DNA from: Myxococcota bacterium
Lineage (GTDB): Bacteria > Myxococcota > JACRCW01
Reading direction: 5' to 3'
NCBI GenBank assembly: GCA_040752415.1
Contig: JBFMGU010000166.1
Span: forward strand, 1 to 23,829
DNA: 23,829 nucleotides
The translations under genes and the position numbers were made by a program. Below the pieces are notes generated by a model that saw only the letters and a program-made list of their open reading frames with translations, was not told the origin of the DNA and searched no databases. Of this stretch, positions 8,433 to 16,043 are shown one piece after another (positions within the stretch are counted from its first letter, which is position 1; each line of letters opens with the position of its first letter).

Positions 8433-8717
8433 CGGTCACGGAGTGGGTGCACGGGGCGAGCGTCGCCCTGGAGTGCGGTGCGACCCAGCTGAGCGGTCCA
8501 CGACGTGAAGCACCGCCCTGGATCGGTGAACTGACCCACCAAACCGGTGAACTGACCCACCAAACCTGCGAAAGGGAACGCGGAGGCAGGTGGCCCGGGA
8601 ACCAGGCGTGCTGCCTTGGGTTGTCGATCCAGGGCGGTGCTTCACGTCGTGGACCGCTCAGCTGGGTCGCACCGCACTCCAGGGCGACGCTCGCCCCGCT
8701 CACCCAATCCGTGACCG
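8433..8717. repeat. Long inverted repeat, REP doublet (REPIN/BIME-like) or MITE-like
   Basis: 93-bp arms at 8433-8525 and 8625-8717 with 3 mismatches; perfect 74-bp core (8452-8525 / 8625-8698); 99-bp spacer. Each arm contains GGAGT-GCGGTGC...GCACCGC. Confidence 0.9.
8524..8565. repeat. Tandem direct repeat, 2 x 21 bp
   Basis: CGGTGAACTGACCCACCAAAC occurs at 8524-8544 and 8545-8565, at the left arm/spacer junction of the long inverted repeat. Confidence 0.9.
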
Positions 8718-8729
8718 GCCAGGCCCCAT

Positions 8730-10370
8730 TCAGTGGACGCCGGTGATTTCCCCGTCGTCGGTGAGGTCAATTCCCTCCGCGGCGGGGATGCGCGGCAGAC
8801 CCGGCATGGTCTGGATGTCGCCGGTCAGTGCCAGTAGGAATCCCGCGCCCGCGCGCAGATGGATCTCCCGCACCTGCAACGTGAACGGCCCCGGATTCCC
8901 GCCCGCGTCGGGATCGTCGGAGAAGGAGAGCGGCGTCTTGGCCACGCACACCGGCAACCCGCCGTGCCCCGCGGCCATGAGGCGTTCCAACGCGCGCGTG
9001 GCGTCGTCGGAAAGAGCCACGTCGGTGGCGCCGTAGAGCGCGGTGGCAATGGCGCGCAGCTTCTCCACCGGAGATGCCTCCAACGGATACAGGAAGCTCG
9101 GGCTCACCGCGGGCCTCCGCACCGCCTCTTCCACCACTTCCGCCAGCGCCTCCGCGCCAGCGCCGCCCCGCGCGAATCCCTCGCAACGCGCCACCGCCAG
9201 CCCGCGCTCGCGGCACGCCTCCTCGACGGCGCGCAGCTCCTCCTCGGAATCGCGGTTGAACACGTTGATGGCCACCACCGGGGAGAAACCAAAGCGGCGG
9301 ATGCCCGCCACGTGCCGCTCCACGTTCACCATGCCCGCGTGCACCGCACGCACCGCTTCGGCACCGGTCAGCTTCAGCTCGGAGTCCCCGCCGTGATGCC
9401 GCAGCGCGCGCACCGTCACCACCAGCACCACCGCGCGCGGCCAGATCCCCGACGAGCGACACTTGATGTCGAAGAACTTCTCCCCGCCCAGGTCAAAGGC
9501 GAACCCCGCCTCGGTGATGACGTGGTCTGCCAACCTGGCCGCGGTGCGGGTGGCGAGCACGCTGCTGCACCCGTGCGCAATGTTGGCGAAGGGGCCACCG
9601 TGCACCAGCGCCGGCGTGCCTTCCGCGGTCTGCACCAGGTTGGGGAGCAGCGCGCTTCCCAGCAGCGCGGCCATGGGCCCCACCGCGTGCAGGTCCCGCG
9701 CGGTCACCGGCGTGTTCTTCGTCGTGAAGCCCACCACCAGGTTCCCGAGCCTGCGCTTGAGGTCGGGGATGGAGGTGGAGAGACAGAGCAGCGCCATGAC
9801 CTCGGACGCCGCGGTGATCTCGAAGGCCGCCTCCCGCGGTACGCCATCCCCGGTGCCGCCCAGGCCCAGCACCACGTGGCGCAGCGCGCGGTCATTCATG
9901 TCCAGCACGCGTTTCCACGTCACCCGACGAGGATCCGGCGCGGCGGGGTGCCCGGTGTGCAGCGCGTGGTCGGTGAGCGCGGCGAGCAGGTTGTTGGCAG
10001 CGGCAATGGCGTGCAGGTCCCCGGTGAAATGCAGGTTGATCTGCGCGCTGGGCTCCACCGTGCACGCGCCGCCGCCGGTGCCTCCGCCCTTGGCGCCGAA
10101 CACCGGGCCCATGGAGGGTTGGCGCAGGGAGAGCACCGCGCGCCGTCCTCGTCGGGCCAGACCCTGCGCCAGGGCAATGGACATGGTGGTCTTGCCTTCG
10201 CCGTACTTCGTGGGCGTCAGCGCCGTGACCAGGATGACGTTGCCGCGCGCCTCCGCGGTGTCCAGTCGCCGCAGCGTGGCGTGCCGCAGCTTGCCCATGT
10301 GCTCGCCGTGCAGGCTGAGGTCGTCGTCGCGGAGCCCCAGCTCGTGCGCCACGTCCAGGATGGCTCGCAT
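8730..10370 (-). CDS. fhs: Formate--tetrahydrofolate ligase, 546 aa
   Basis: TPTKYGEGKTT, LRQPSMGPVFGAKGGGTGGG, INLHFTGDLHAI, HGGPFANIAHG, TEAGFAFDLGGEKFFDIKCR and TMPGLP are FTHFS signature motifs. Confidence 0.97.
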   Translation of the reverse strand: MRAILDVAHELGLRDDDLSLHGEHMGKLRHATLRRLDTAEARGNVILVTALTPTKYGEGKTTMSIALAQGLARRGRRAVLSLRQPSMGPVFGAKGGGTGGGACTVEPSAQINLHFTGDLHAIAAANNLLAALTDHALHTGHPAAPDPRRVTWKRVLDMNDRALRHVVLGLGGTGDGVPREAAFEITAASEVMALLCLSTSIPDLKRRLGNLVVGFTTKNTPVTARDLHAVGPMAALLGSALLPNLVQTAEGTPALVHGGPFANIAHGCSSVLATRTAARLADHVITEAGFAFDLGGEKFFDIKCRSSGIWPRAVVLVVTVRALRHHGGDSELKLTGAEAVRAVHAGMVNVERHVAGIRRFGFSPVVAINVFNRDSEEELRAVEEACRERGLAVARCEGFARGGAGAEALAEVVEEAVRRPAVSPSFLYPLEASPVEKLRAIATALYGATDVALSDDATRALERLMAAGHGGLPVCVAKTPLSFSDDPDAGGNPGPFTLQVREIHLRAGAGFLLALTGDIQTMPGLPRIPAAEGIDLTDDGEITGVH

Positions 10371-10379
10371 GTGGCAGCC

Positions 10380-10805
10380 TCAGCGCCCCGGCTTGTCCTT
10401 GTGCATGCCATCCGAGACGAACTCCACCAGGTCGGTGTCGGCGCGGTTGGAGCGATAGGTGAAATCCCGACGGAGCTGGACCTGGAGCTGCTGGTCCTGT
10501 TCCTCGTACTTGCGCAGCAGTGCGACGGTGTCGGGCGCGGGCACGCGGGTGATGGCCACCGGGACGGACGCGTGCGTGCTGGGCACCTCCTTCACACCCG
10601 GCGACGACGCCTCGACGGCGGGCGCCGGCTCCGGTGCGGCGTGACGCATCTCCTCCCTTCGCTGCGCCTTCACCAGGTTGGAGAGGATGGTGATGCGCGC
10701 GTTGGTGACCTTGAGGCCGTGATACAGCCGCGCCACGACGAGGAGGTTGGCGAAGAAGGCCACGCCAAGCGCCAGCTCGAAGACGTCTGAGAACGTGAGC
10801 TCCAC
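10380..10805 (-). CDS. Hypothetical single-TM protein, about 141 aa, probably co-transcribed with fhs
   Basis: GTG at 10805 after AGAGGA. N-terminal TM LALGVAFFANLLVVA. Its stop is 9 bp before the fhs ATG. Confidence 0.6.
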   Translation of the reverse strand: MELTFSDVFELALGVAFFANLLVVARLYHGLKVTNARITILSNLVKAQRREEMRHAAPEPAPAVEASSPGVKEVPSTHASVPVAITRVPAPDTVALLRKYEEQDQQLQVQLRRDFTYRSNRADTDLVEFVSDGMHKDKPGR

Positions 10806-10963
10806 GGGGTCCTCTGGGCCGGCCCGGAGTGGTCGCGGAGGGCTGCAGCAACGGGCCTGGCGTCCTGCGACCGTAGCCCGCCCGATGCTGGAGTGTCGAC
10901 GCGGGTGCGAGACAAGGAGGCAGCCACTGGACCAGTTCCAGCCCAACCTGCCAGGAGGAGAAC

Positions 10964-11530
10964 ATGAGCGCGCCCGAGAGCAAGGCGCAGGCCCTCAACA
11001 ACCGCGTGGCCACGCTGCGCACGCTGGTGCCCGCGGCCACCATGGAGGCGCTGTTGGCGGCGTTGCCTCCGGACACGGCGGAGATCCTGCGCAACCCGCC
11101 GCTGGCGGTGACGTGGCTGCCCTCACACCACTGGGCGCGCGTGGTGGAGACCGCGCACAAGGTGGTCTTTGCCGGGGACGACGCCCAGGTGCACCGCTGG
11201 GGACGCACCGCCATGCTCTCGGATCTCAGCACGGTATTCCGGCTGTTCCTGAAGCTGGCCTCCCCGCAGTTCATCGCCCGACGCGCAAGCAACCTGTGGG
11301 ACCAGTACAACCGCAACCACGGACGCGTGCACAGCCGCGAGGTGGACGGCAGCACCGTGGAGGCCATCTACGAGGGCGTGGGGAGCGCCAACGCCTCCTT
11401 CTGGCTCTTCCAGCGCGGCGTGGTGCACGCGGCGGTGGAGGCTTCCGGCGTCAAGGACGTGGAGGCGCGCATTGTCTCCGGCGGTGGCGCGTCTCCCTCG
11501 TGCACCATCCGGGTCTCCTGGCGGGTGTGA
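10964..11530 (+). CDS. Myxococcales-type protein with HNOB/V4R-like pattern (TIGR02265/DUF2378-like), 188 aa
   Basis: AGGAGGAG RBS. Pattern L..LPP...W.P, LASP.F..RRA..LW.QY and terminal C...VSW is typical of this myxobacterial family (recognised by eye). Confidence 0.7.
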   Translation: MSAPESKAQALNNRVATLRTLVPAATMEALLAALPPDTAEILRNPPLAVTWLPSHHWARVVETAHKVVFAGDDAQVHRWGRTAMLSDLSTVFRLFLKLASPQFIARRASNLWDQYNRNHGRVHSREVDGSTVEAIYEGVGSANASFWLFQRGVVHAAVEASGVKDVEARIVSGGGASPSCTIRVSWRV

Positions 11531-11611
11531 GCGCGGGAATCCCGGTTGTCGTCGGGGAGCTTGCGCGCCCACGGCGTGCCCTCCACATTGCAGCGAGGGA
11601 AGGAGCGCGCC

Positions 11612-12109
11612 ATGTCCAAGGCATTCACCCGGGAGGACGCGGAAACACCGGAGCCGCTCCCGCTGCCATTGCGCCTGGAGCCGGGAGAGAAACGGCTCAT
11701 CACGGCGGACGGCTACCGCGCCATGCAACAGGAGCTGGCGCAGCTGTTGGAGGAGCGGCCCGCGTTGGTGGCGTTGGGATCCGGCCTGGAGGCCCTGGCC
11801 CGTCTCCGCGACGTGGACGCGCGCATCCAGGTGCTGAACGCGCGACTGTCGCAGCTCACGGTGGCGGACCCGCCCGCCGACGAGGGTCGCGTGTACTTTG
11901 GCGCGTACGTGACGGTGCGCGACGGTCGCGGCAAGACGCTGCGGTTCCGCCTGGTGGGCCCCGACGAGGTGGACGCCACGCGACACTTCATCAGCGTGCA
12001 GTCACCGCTGGCGCGCGCGCTGCTGGGTCGGAGCCCCGGGGAGGTGGTGGACGTGGAGCTGCCGCGTGGCGACGAGGAGCTCACGGTGCTTTCGGTGAGC
12101 TACCACTGA
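11612..12109 (+). CDS. GreA/GreB-family transcription factor homolog with short coiled coil, 165 aa
   Basis: AAGGAG RBS. MSKAFTRE N-terminus, ITADGY, and C-terminal VYFGAYV...LVGPDE...ISVQSPLARALLG...GEVV. Confidence 0.9.
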   Translation: MSKAFTREDAETPEPLPLPLRLEPGEKRLITADGYRAMQQELAQLLEERPALVALGSGLEALARLRDVDARIQVLNARLSQLTVADPPADEGRVYFGAYVTVRDGRGKTLRFRLVGPDEVDATRHFISVQSPLARALLGRSPGEVVDVELPRGDEELTVLSVSYH

Positions 12110-12113
12110 TTCC

Positions 12114-12156
12114 GCTTCCTCCCAGTGCGGATTCGCCGCAACCTCGCGCAGGAAGC
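12114..12156. terminator. Possible hairpin between convergent genes
   Basis: GCTTCCT...AGGAAGC outer stem with inner TGCGG-ATTCG-CCGCA hairpin. No clear U-tract. Confidence 0.3.
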
Positions 12157-12702
12157 TCAAGGATTCGTCAGCGGCGTGGCGGGGTCATCCACCAGCAGCA
12201 GGGACGTGCGCACGTCGGACGGGCCCCCACGGGCCACCTGGAGCGCGTAGAGGCCGGGCAACAACAGGGTGGCGTCCGCTTCCTTCCACTGCGGCAGGCT
12301 GGAGACGCGCAACCAGCACCGACGCTCCGCCGCACTGCACCCATGTTCCTCGACGTTGATCGGCACGCCGTGCGGAGCCACCAGGCGCATGTCGGTGGCG
12401 CCGTCCGCATCGGGACCTTCCAACAGCACGTGCAGCTCGATGTGTGAGACCTCGCCGGGCGCGGACGCGGAGATGTGGTCGCGATTGCGGTGCTCCCACG
12501 TCAGGAACCCCACGGGGTGACCGTTGGAGGCGAAGCCCAGGCTAAGCTGCACGGGCCCCAGCGCGTGGGGCTCCAAGGCCTCCACCAGCTCGACGCAGTT
12601 CACCTCCGCGCTGGAGCCGCGCACCAGGCCCGCCACCGCTGCGGCGGCAAGCAGGGCCAGGGCTCCGCCCAACACCATCACGCGTGCGGAGGGCCTCACC
12701 AC
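12157..12702 (-). CDS. Hypothetical exported or membrane-anchored protein (start uncertain: 12726, 12702 or 12678)
   Basis: Hydrophobic leader VMVLGGALALLAAAAVAGLV followed by a beta-rich domain ending LLPGLYALQV. Directly downstream of the 12707 gene. Confidence 0.6.
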   Translation of the reverse strand: MVRPSARVMVLGGALALLAAAAVAGLVRGSSAEVNCVELVEALEPHALGPVQLSLGFASNGHPVGFLTWEHRNRDHISASAPGEVSHIELHVLLEGPDADGATDMRLVAPHGVPINVEEHGCSAAERRCWLRVSSLPQWKEADATLLLPGLYALQVARGGPSDVRTSLLLVDDPATPLTNP

Positions 12703-12706
12703 GACG

Positions 12707-13252
12707 TCACCACACCGTCCTGACATCCACCGGCTCACGCACCAGGATGTCCGCGCTCTGGGTGGTTCCGTCGTCGAGCCGCACCCAGAGGCGATACGCG
12801 CCGGGGACCAGCGAGGGATGTCCCGCCACGTCGGGCTGCAGCGGCAGGAAACGCGCAACCAGCTCGCACTGCGGCGGGTACTCCGCGGTTCCGTCGTCAC
12901 AGCGCGAACGGGTCACGTACACCGGGTGACCATCCGGCGCGGACAGCGCCACCGCCTGCGCCCGGCGCACCTCCTCCCCGACGAGACGCACGCGCCACCG
13001 CGTCTCCAGTCCCGGGCCCGCCAGCGTGACCTGCAGCGGCGTCCCGGGTCGGTGATGGATGGTGGTCTGCTGCACCACGTCGACCCCACGCACCGTCTCC
13101 ACGGTGAGCCAGAGGCGATGCAGCAGGAACGCCGGAGGACACGCCGGCGCAGGCTGCGACGACCCGGGATGCGACGGCGCGGCGGCCATGAACCCGTCCA
13201 CGGAGCACGCCAGCGCCCCCACCCAAACGATGATCGCCATGCACCGCACCAT
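12707..13252 (-). CDS. Putative lipoprotein (start 13252 or 13240)
   Basis: MVRCMAIIVWVGALA-C lipobox-like leader. Beta-rich domain ending LVPGAYRLWV. Confidence 0.6.
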   Translation of the reverse strand: MVRCMAIIVWVGALACSVDGFMAAAPSHPGSSQPAPACPPAFLLHRLWLTVETVRGVDVVQQTTIHHRPGTPLQVTLAGPGLETRWRVRLVGEEVRRAQAVALSAPDGHPVYVTRSRCDDGTAEYPPQCELVARFLPLQPDVAGHPSLVPGAYRLWVRLDDGTTQSADILVREPVDVRTVW

Positions 13253-13265
13253 GCCATGCACCAGC

Positions 13266-13281
13266 TGCAAGGAAGGGACCA
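13266..13281 (-). promoter_or_regulatory. Candidate sigma54 promoter
   Basis: TGGTCC-CTTCC-TTGCA (GG-N10-GC) on the minus strand just upstream of the lipoprotein gene. Confidence 0.35.
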
Positions 13282-13364
13282 GGGCTGACCGGGCCGCGGC
13301 GTCGTCGGAAACGCGCGGGGTTGTGCGTGGGAATGTGGGCCGGTGGACACCCGCGTGAGGCTTG

Positions 13365-13742
13365 TCAGGCCAGCAGCGTCTTCAGCCAGCGTCGGGCGTC
13401 GTCGATCTCCGCGAATACCCGGGAGGGATACGGCGGCGGCGCCGCCAGCTCGACCACGCGGATGACACCCCGCACCAACGGGTTGCCGGTGACAATGGCG
13501 CGCCCCACCAGCGTGCGACGCTGCTCACCACCCGCCACGGAGAAGTCCGACATGAACTTGCGCTGCAGCGGCGTGGGCCGGTCCGCGCGGCGCGCGTCGA
13601 CGAGCAGCACGAAGGGCTCACCGCGAGCGCGGTAGGCGCCGGCCTGCGTGAGGAGGACGCCCAGCTCTTCGTCGGTGAAGCTGCCCTCGATCACCAGCGT
13701 GACGAGGGGCCACTCGGCATCCAGCAACAGGGGTGCGGGCAT
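13365..13742 (-). CDS. STAS/SEC14 (SpoIIAA-like) domain protein, 125 aa
   Basis: AGGAGG RBS. WPLV...G, FVLLVDAR, AIV...P..RG and RVF...DARRWL pattern. Confidence 0.75.
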   Translation of the reverse strand: MPAPLLLDAEWPLVTLVIEGSFTDEELGVLLTQAGAYRARGEPFVLLVDARRADRPTPLQRKFMSDFSVAGGEQRRTLVGRAIVTGNPLVRGVIRVVELAAPPPYPSRVFAEIDDARRWLKTLLA

Positions 13743-13765
13743 GGGCGGCCTCCTGCGTGCTCACG

Positions 13766-13803
13766 AAAACGCCTCGACGAGGAGACGACCCCGTCGAGGC
13801 GTT
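13766..13803 (-). terminator. Rho-independent terminator-like hairpin
   Basis: 12-bp stem AACGCCTCGACG (13768-13779) / CGTCGAGGCGTT (13792-13803), ending in a TTTT run on the minus strand. Confidence 0.55.
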
Positions 13804-13943
13804 GTGCTCCAGGGACCGCTGGCCCCGTGGACGTGCGGCGATATCCATTCGGACCACCACCGCGTCGGCGCGCGGAGGTAAACCCGGCGTCCCCACCGTT
13901 GGCAAGTCCTCCGCCACCGCCCGGACCGTCGACATGACGGCGG

Positions 13944-14372
13944 TCACACCGAGGCTTCTCGTTCGGTGAAGACGCCCTTGATGAGGAACGCTTCGCCGCC
14001 GGTGAGGTCCAGCTGCTCGCCGGCGGAGGGGGTGCGCTCGTCGACAACGTTGCCCGTGGGAGGATCGAACACCTGGAAGCTCATGGCGTGGCGCGCCTGC
14101 AACAGCACGTGTCCCAGGATGCCCATGGGATACGCCACAAACTCCGAGCGAATGGCCGCCTTCATGGCGCGGAACGACGTCACGCCCGCCATGTTCTCGA
14201 TCTCCTCGTCGCCACGGACCCCGGGACGTGCCGGTGCTGCCTTGCGACGCACTGCTGGAATGCGTTCCCCCGACGAGCTCCCCGCGCCCTCGCCCTCCGC
14301 ACCGCCCGTCCCGCACGACGTCACCAACACCAGGGCCAGGCCCAACCCCGTGCATCCGCCAACGCGCCGCAT
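13944..14372 (-). CDS. Putative lipoprotein, 142 aa
   Basis: GGGGAG RBS before ATG 14372. MRRVGGCTGLGLALVLVTS-C signal and lipobox, Gly/Ser linker, short beta-rich C-terminus. Confidence 0.65.
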   Translation of the reverse strand: MRRVGGCTGLGLALVLVTSCGTGGAEGEGAGSSSGERIPAVRRKAAPARPGVRGDEEIENMAGVTSFRAMKAAIRSEFVAYPMGILGHVLLQARHAMSFQVFDPPTGNVVDERTPSAGEQLDLTGGEAFLIKGVFTEREASV

Positions 14373-14387
14373 CCGTGCTCCCCATGT

Positions 14388-14403
14388 GAATGAACATTCA
14401 TCC
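14388..14403. promoter_or_regulatory. Putative TetR operator (copy 2)
   Basis: GAATGAA-CA-TTCATCC, 15 bp upstream of the lipoprotein ATG. Its reverse complement matches copy 1 at 15 of 16 positions. Confidence 0.75.
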
Positions 14404-14520
14404 TCACAGGTGGGCAGATGTTGAACGTCAACGGCCTCGTACGGTGCGGCGACGCGGAGGCAGCGGAGATGCTCGTCGTCACCGTGGGCCTCGCGCTCAG
14501 TCAACGGGAGGATGACCGGA

Positions 14521-15207
14521 TCAGGCGCGCAACGCTTCCCAGCAGCACTGCTCCGCGGCTTCCAGGACGGCGGGGGAGAGCTTGAAGTGGTTGGACGCGC
14601 CGAACTTCACGATGCCGAGGAAGGCGCCGTTGGCAATGGCCAGCAGCAGGCGCGGCGGCAGGTTCTTCACCACCTTCTCCTTGGCGGCCGCGGCGAGGAA
14701 TTCCAGCGTGGGATCCAGGACGCGTTGCGCCGCCTCACGGCTCTCGTCGTCAAGGTAGCTGTTGTGGTTGTGCAGCTCCAGGAACGCGTACGCGGTGGGG
14801 TTCTCCGCGTAGAAGCGCGCCAGCCGCATCCACGCCTCCTTGAACTGCGCGCGGTGCCCCTGGCCCACGGGGAAGTCCTGGAACGAGGCGCGGAGCTGCT
14901 CACCACGCCAGTGCTGGTAGAGCGCGTTGGCCAGCGCCTCCTTGCTGGGGAAGTGGCGGTAGATGCTCCCCGTGGCCACGCCGGCGCGCTGCGCCACCTC
15001 CGGCACCGCCACCCCATGGAACCCGCGCTCCGCGAACAGCTCCACCGCCGCCTTCATGATGGATTCACGCGTGGACGGCCGCTCCGACGTCGGGGCGGAC
15101 GATCCGGACTCCAGCGGACGGGAACGGCGACGGCCGCCGCGCGAGGAAGCGGCGGGTGGGGCCAGGCGCGGAGCAGCAGCGGTGCGGGCGCGGGCGGTGC
15201 GGGACAT
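14521..15207 (-). CDS. TetR/AcrR family transcriptional regulator, 228 aa
   Basis: HTH TRESIMKAAVELFAERGFHGVAVPEVAQRAGVATGSIYRHFPSKEAL, preceded by a basic N-terminal extension of about 45 aa. Confidence 0.95.
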   Translation of the reverse strand: MSRTARARTAAAPRLAPPAASSRGGRRRSRPLESGSSAPTSERPSTRESIMKAAVELFAERGFHGVAVPEVAQRAGVATGSIYRHFPSKEALANALYQHWRGEQLRASFQDFPVGQGHRAQFKEAWMRLARFYAENPTAYAFLELHNHNSYLDDESREAAQRVLDPTLEFLAAAAKEKVVKNLPPRLLLAIANGAFLGIVKFGASNHFKLSPAVLEAAEQCCWEALRA

Positions 15208-15227
15208 GCGTGGGCGTCCAGGAACGT

Positions 15228-15243
15228 GAATGAATGTTCATTC
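15228..15243. promoter_or_regulatory. Putative TetR operator (copy 1, autoregulatory)
   Basis: Perfect palindrome GAATGAA-TG-TTCATTC, AT-rich in a GC-rich background, overlapping the predicted -10/TSS of tetR. Confidence 0.8.
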
Positions 15244-15269
15244 CTAGAAGCCCCGGCCTTGCCTGTCAA
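15241..15269 (-). promoter_or_regulatory. Sigma70-type promoter of tetR
   Basis: TTGACA (15269-15264), 17-bp spacer, imperfect -10 TAGGAA (15246-15241). Confidence 0.6.
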
Positions 15270-15276
15270 AGCGCCC

Positions 15277-15813
15277 TCACCCCTCGGCCTCATCCTCCAG
15301 CGCGCGCTCCACCGCGGTCCGACCCGAGTCACAGGTGGCACAGCTGGCGGCGGCGCAACCGGGACGGTGTTGCGTGCGCACGGTGACCACCGGCACCTCG
15401 GCGCGACGGACCACCTCCTCCGCAATGCTGCCCAGGACCACGCGGGTCATGCCCTTCCGCCCATGCGTGCCCATCACGATCATCCGCGCCCGCTCCTCCG
15501 CGGCCACCTGCAGGATCACGTCGGGGACGGGGCCCAACTCCACGCGCGTGCGATGGGGAGCGCCCTTGGCACGCAGGACGTCCTGCAACGCGGCCAGGTG
15601 CGCGCGGGCGTCCTGACGCAGCCATTCTTCCACCGTCACGGGCCGCTCCACGCCGCGCGGTTGGAGCTGCGCCCCCCGGGGCAGACGCGGCGGCACCTCG
15701 CAGGCGTGGAACAGGAGCAGCTCGGCGTCGAATGCGCGCGCGAAGCGCACGGCTTCGTCCAGGAGCAACGGGGCGCAGTCGGAGAAATCAACGGGAACCA
15801 GGATCGTGGACAT
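15277..15813 (-). CDS. Universal stress protein (UspA family) with Cys-rich C-terminal tail, 178 aa
   Basis: GGAGG RBS. ILVPVDFS and MIVMGTHGRKGMTRVVLGSIAEEVVRRAEVPVVTV motifs. Tail HRPGCAAASCATC. Confidence 0.93.
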   Translation of the reverse strand: MSTILVPVDFSDCAPLLLDEAVRFARAFDAELLLFHACEVPPRLPRGAQLQPRGVERPVTVEEWLRQDARAHLAALQDVLRAKGAPHRTRVELGPVPDVILQVAAEERARMIVMGTHGRKGMTRVVLGSIAEEVVRRAEVPVVTVRTQHRPGCAAASCATCDSGRTAVERALEDEAEG

Positions 15814-15868
15814 GGGACCTCCACGGCTCGCGCGTGACATTCCACGACGTGGCCACGGCCCTTCCCGC

Positions 15869-15884
15869 TGCAACGGCCGCGCCA
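15869..15884 (-). promoter_or_regulatory. Sigma54 promoter of the usp gene
   Basis: TGGCGC-GGCCG-TTGCA, close to the TGGCAC-N5-TTGCW consensus, about 55 bp upstream of ATG 15813. Confidence 0.7.
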
Positions 15885-15924
15885 CGGGAGGGCTCCCCGG
15901 AAACGTCATTCTTGCGCACCGGGA

Positions 15925-16023
15925 TGAAACACGCGCGTCACACCTCGTCCCCATGGTGTTTCAGGGAGGCGTTGAAACATGTTTCACCGAGGGTGGGAAC
16001 CGCGAGGGAAACCGCGTGTTTCG
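15925..16023. promoter_or_regulatory. Cluster of TGAAACA/TGTTTCA sites, candidate enhancer/operator
   Basis: Perfect palindrome TGAAACATGTTTCA (15973-15986), plus TGAAACAC (15925-15932), GTGTTTCA (15956-15963) and GAAAC...GTGTTTCG (16008-16023). Confidence 0.6.
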
Positions 16024-16027
16024 GTCC

Positions 16028-16043
16028 TGGCATCACGCGTGCT
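16028..16043 (+). promoter_or_regulatory. Candidate sigma54 promoter of the small Cys-rich protein
   Basis: TGGCAT-CACGC-GTGCT (GG-N10-GC), 30 bp upstream of ATG 16074. Confidence 0.55.

Noticed and set aside
8524..8624. CRISPR array or c-di-GMP riboswitch in the IR spacer
   Set aside because: Only two abutting 21-bp units with no spacer and no cas genes. The CAAACC...GAAA...GGGAACGC resemblance to the GEMM motif lacks the required pairing.
7469..8746. 425-aa plus-strand ORF and the 8254-8703 minus-strand ORF sharing a peptide segment
   Set aside because: The shared peptide is simply the translation of the two inverted-repeat arms. No RBS or domain supports either ORF.
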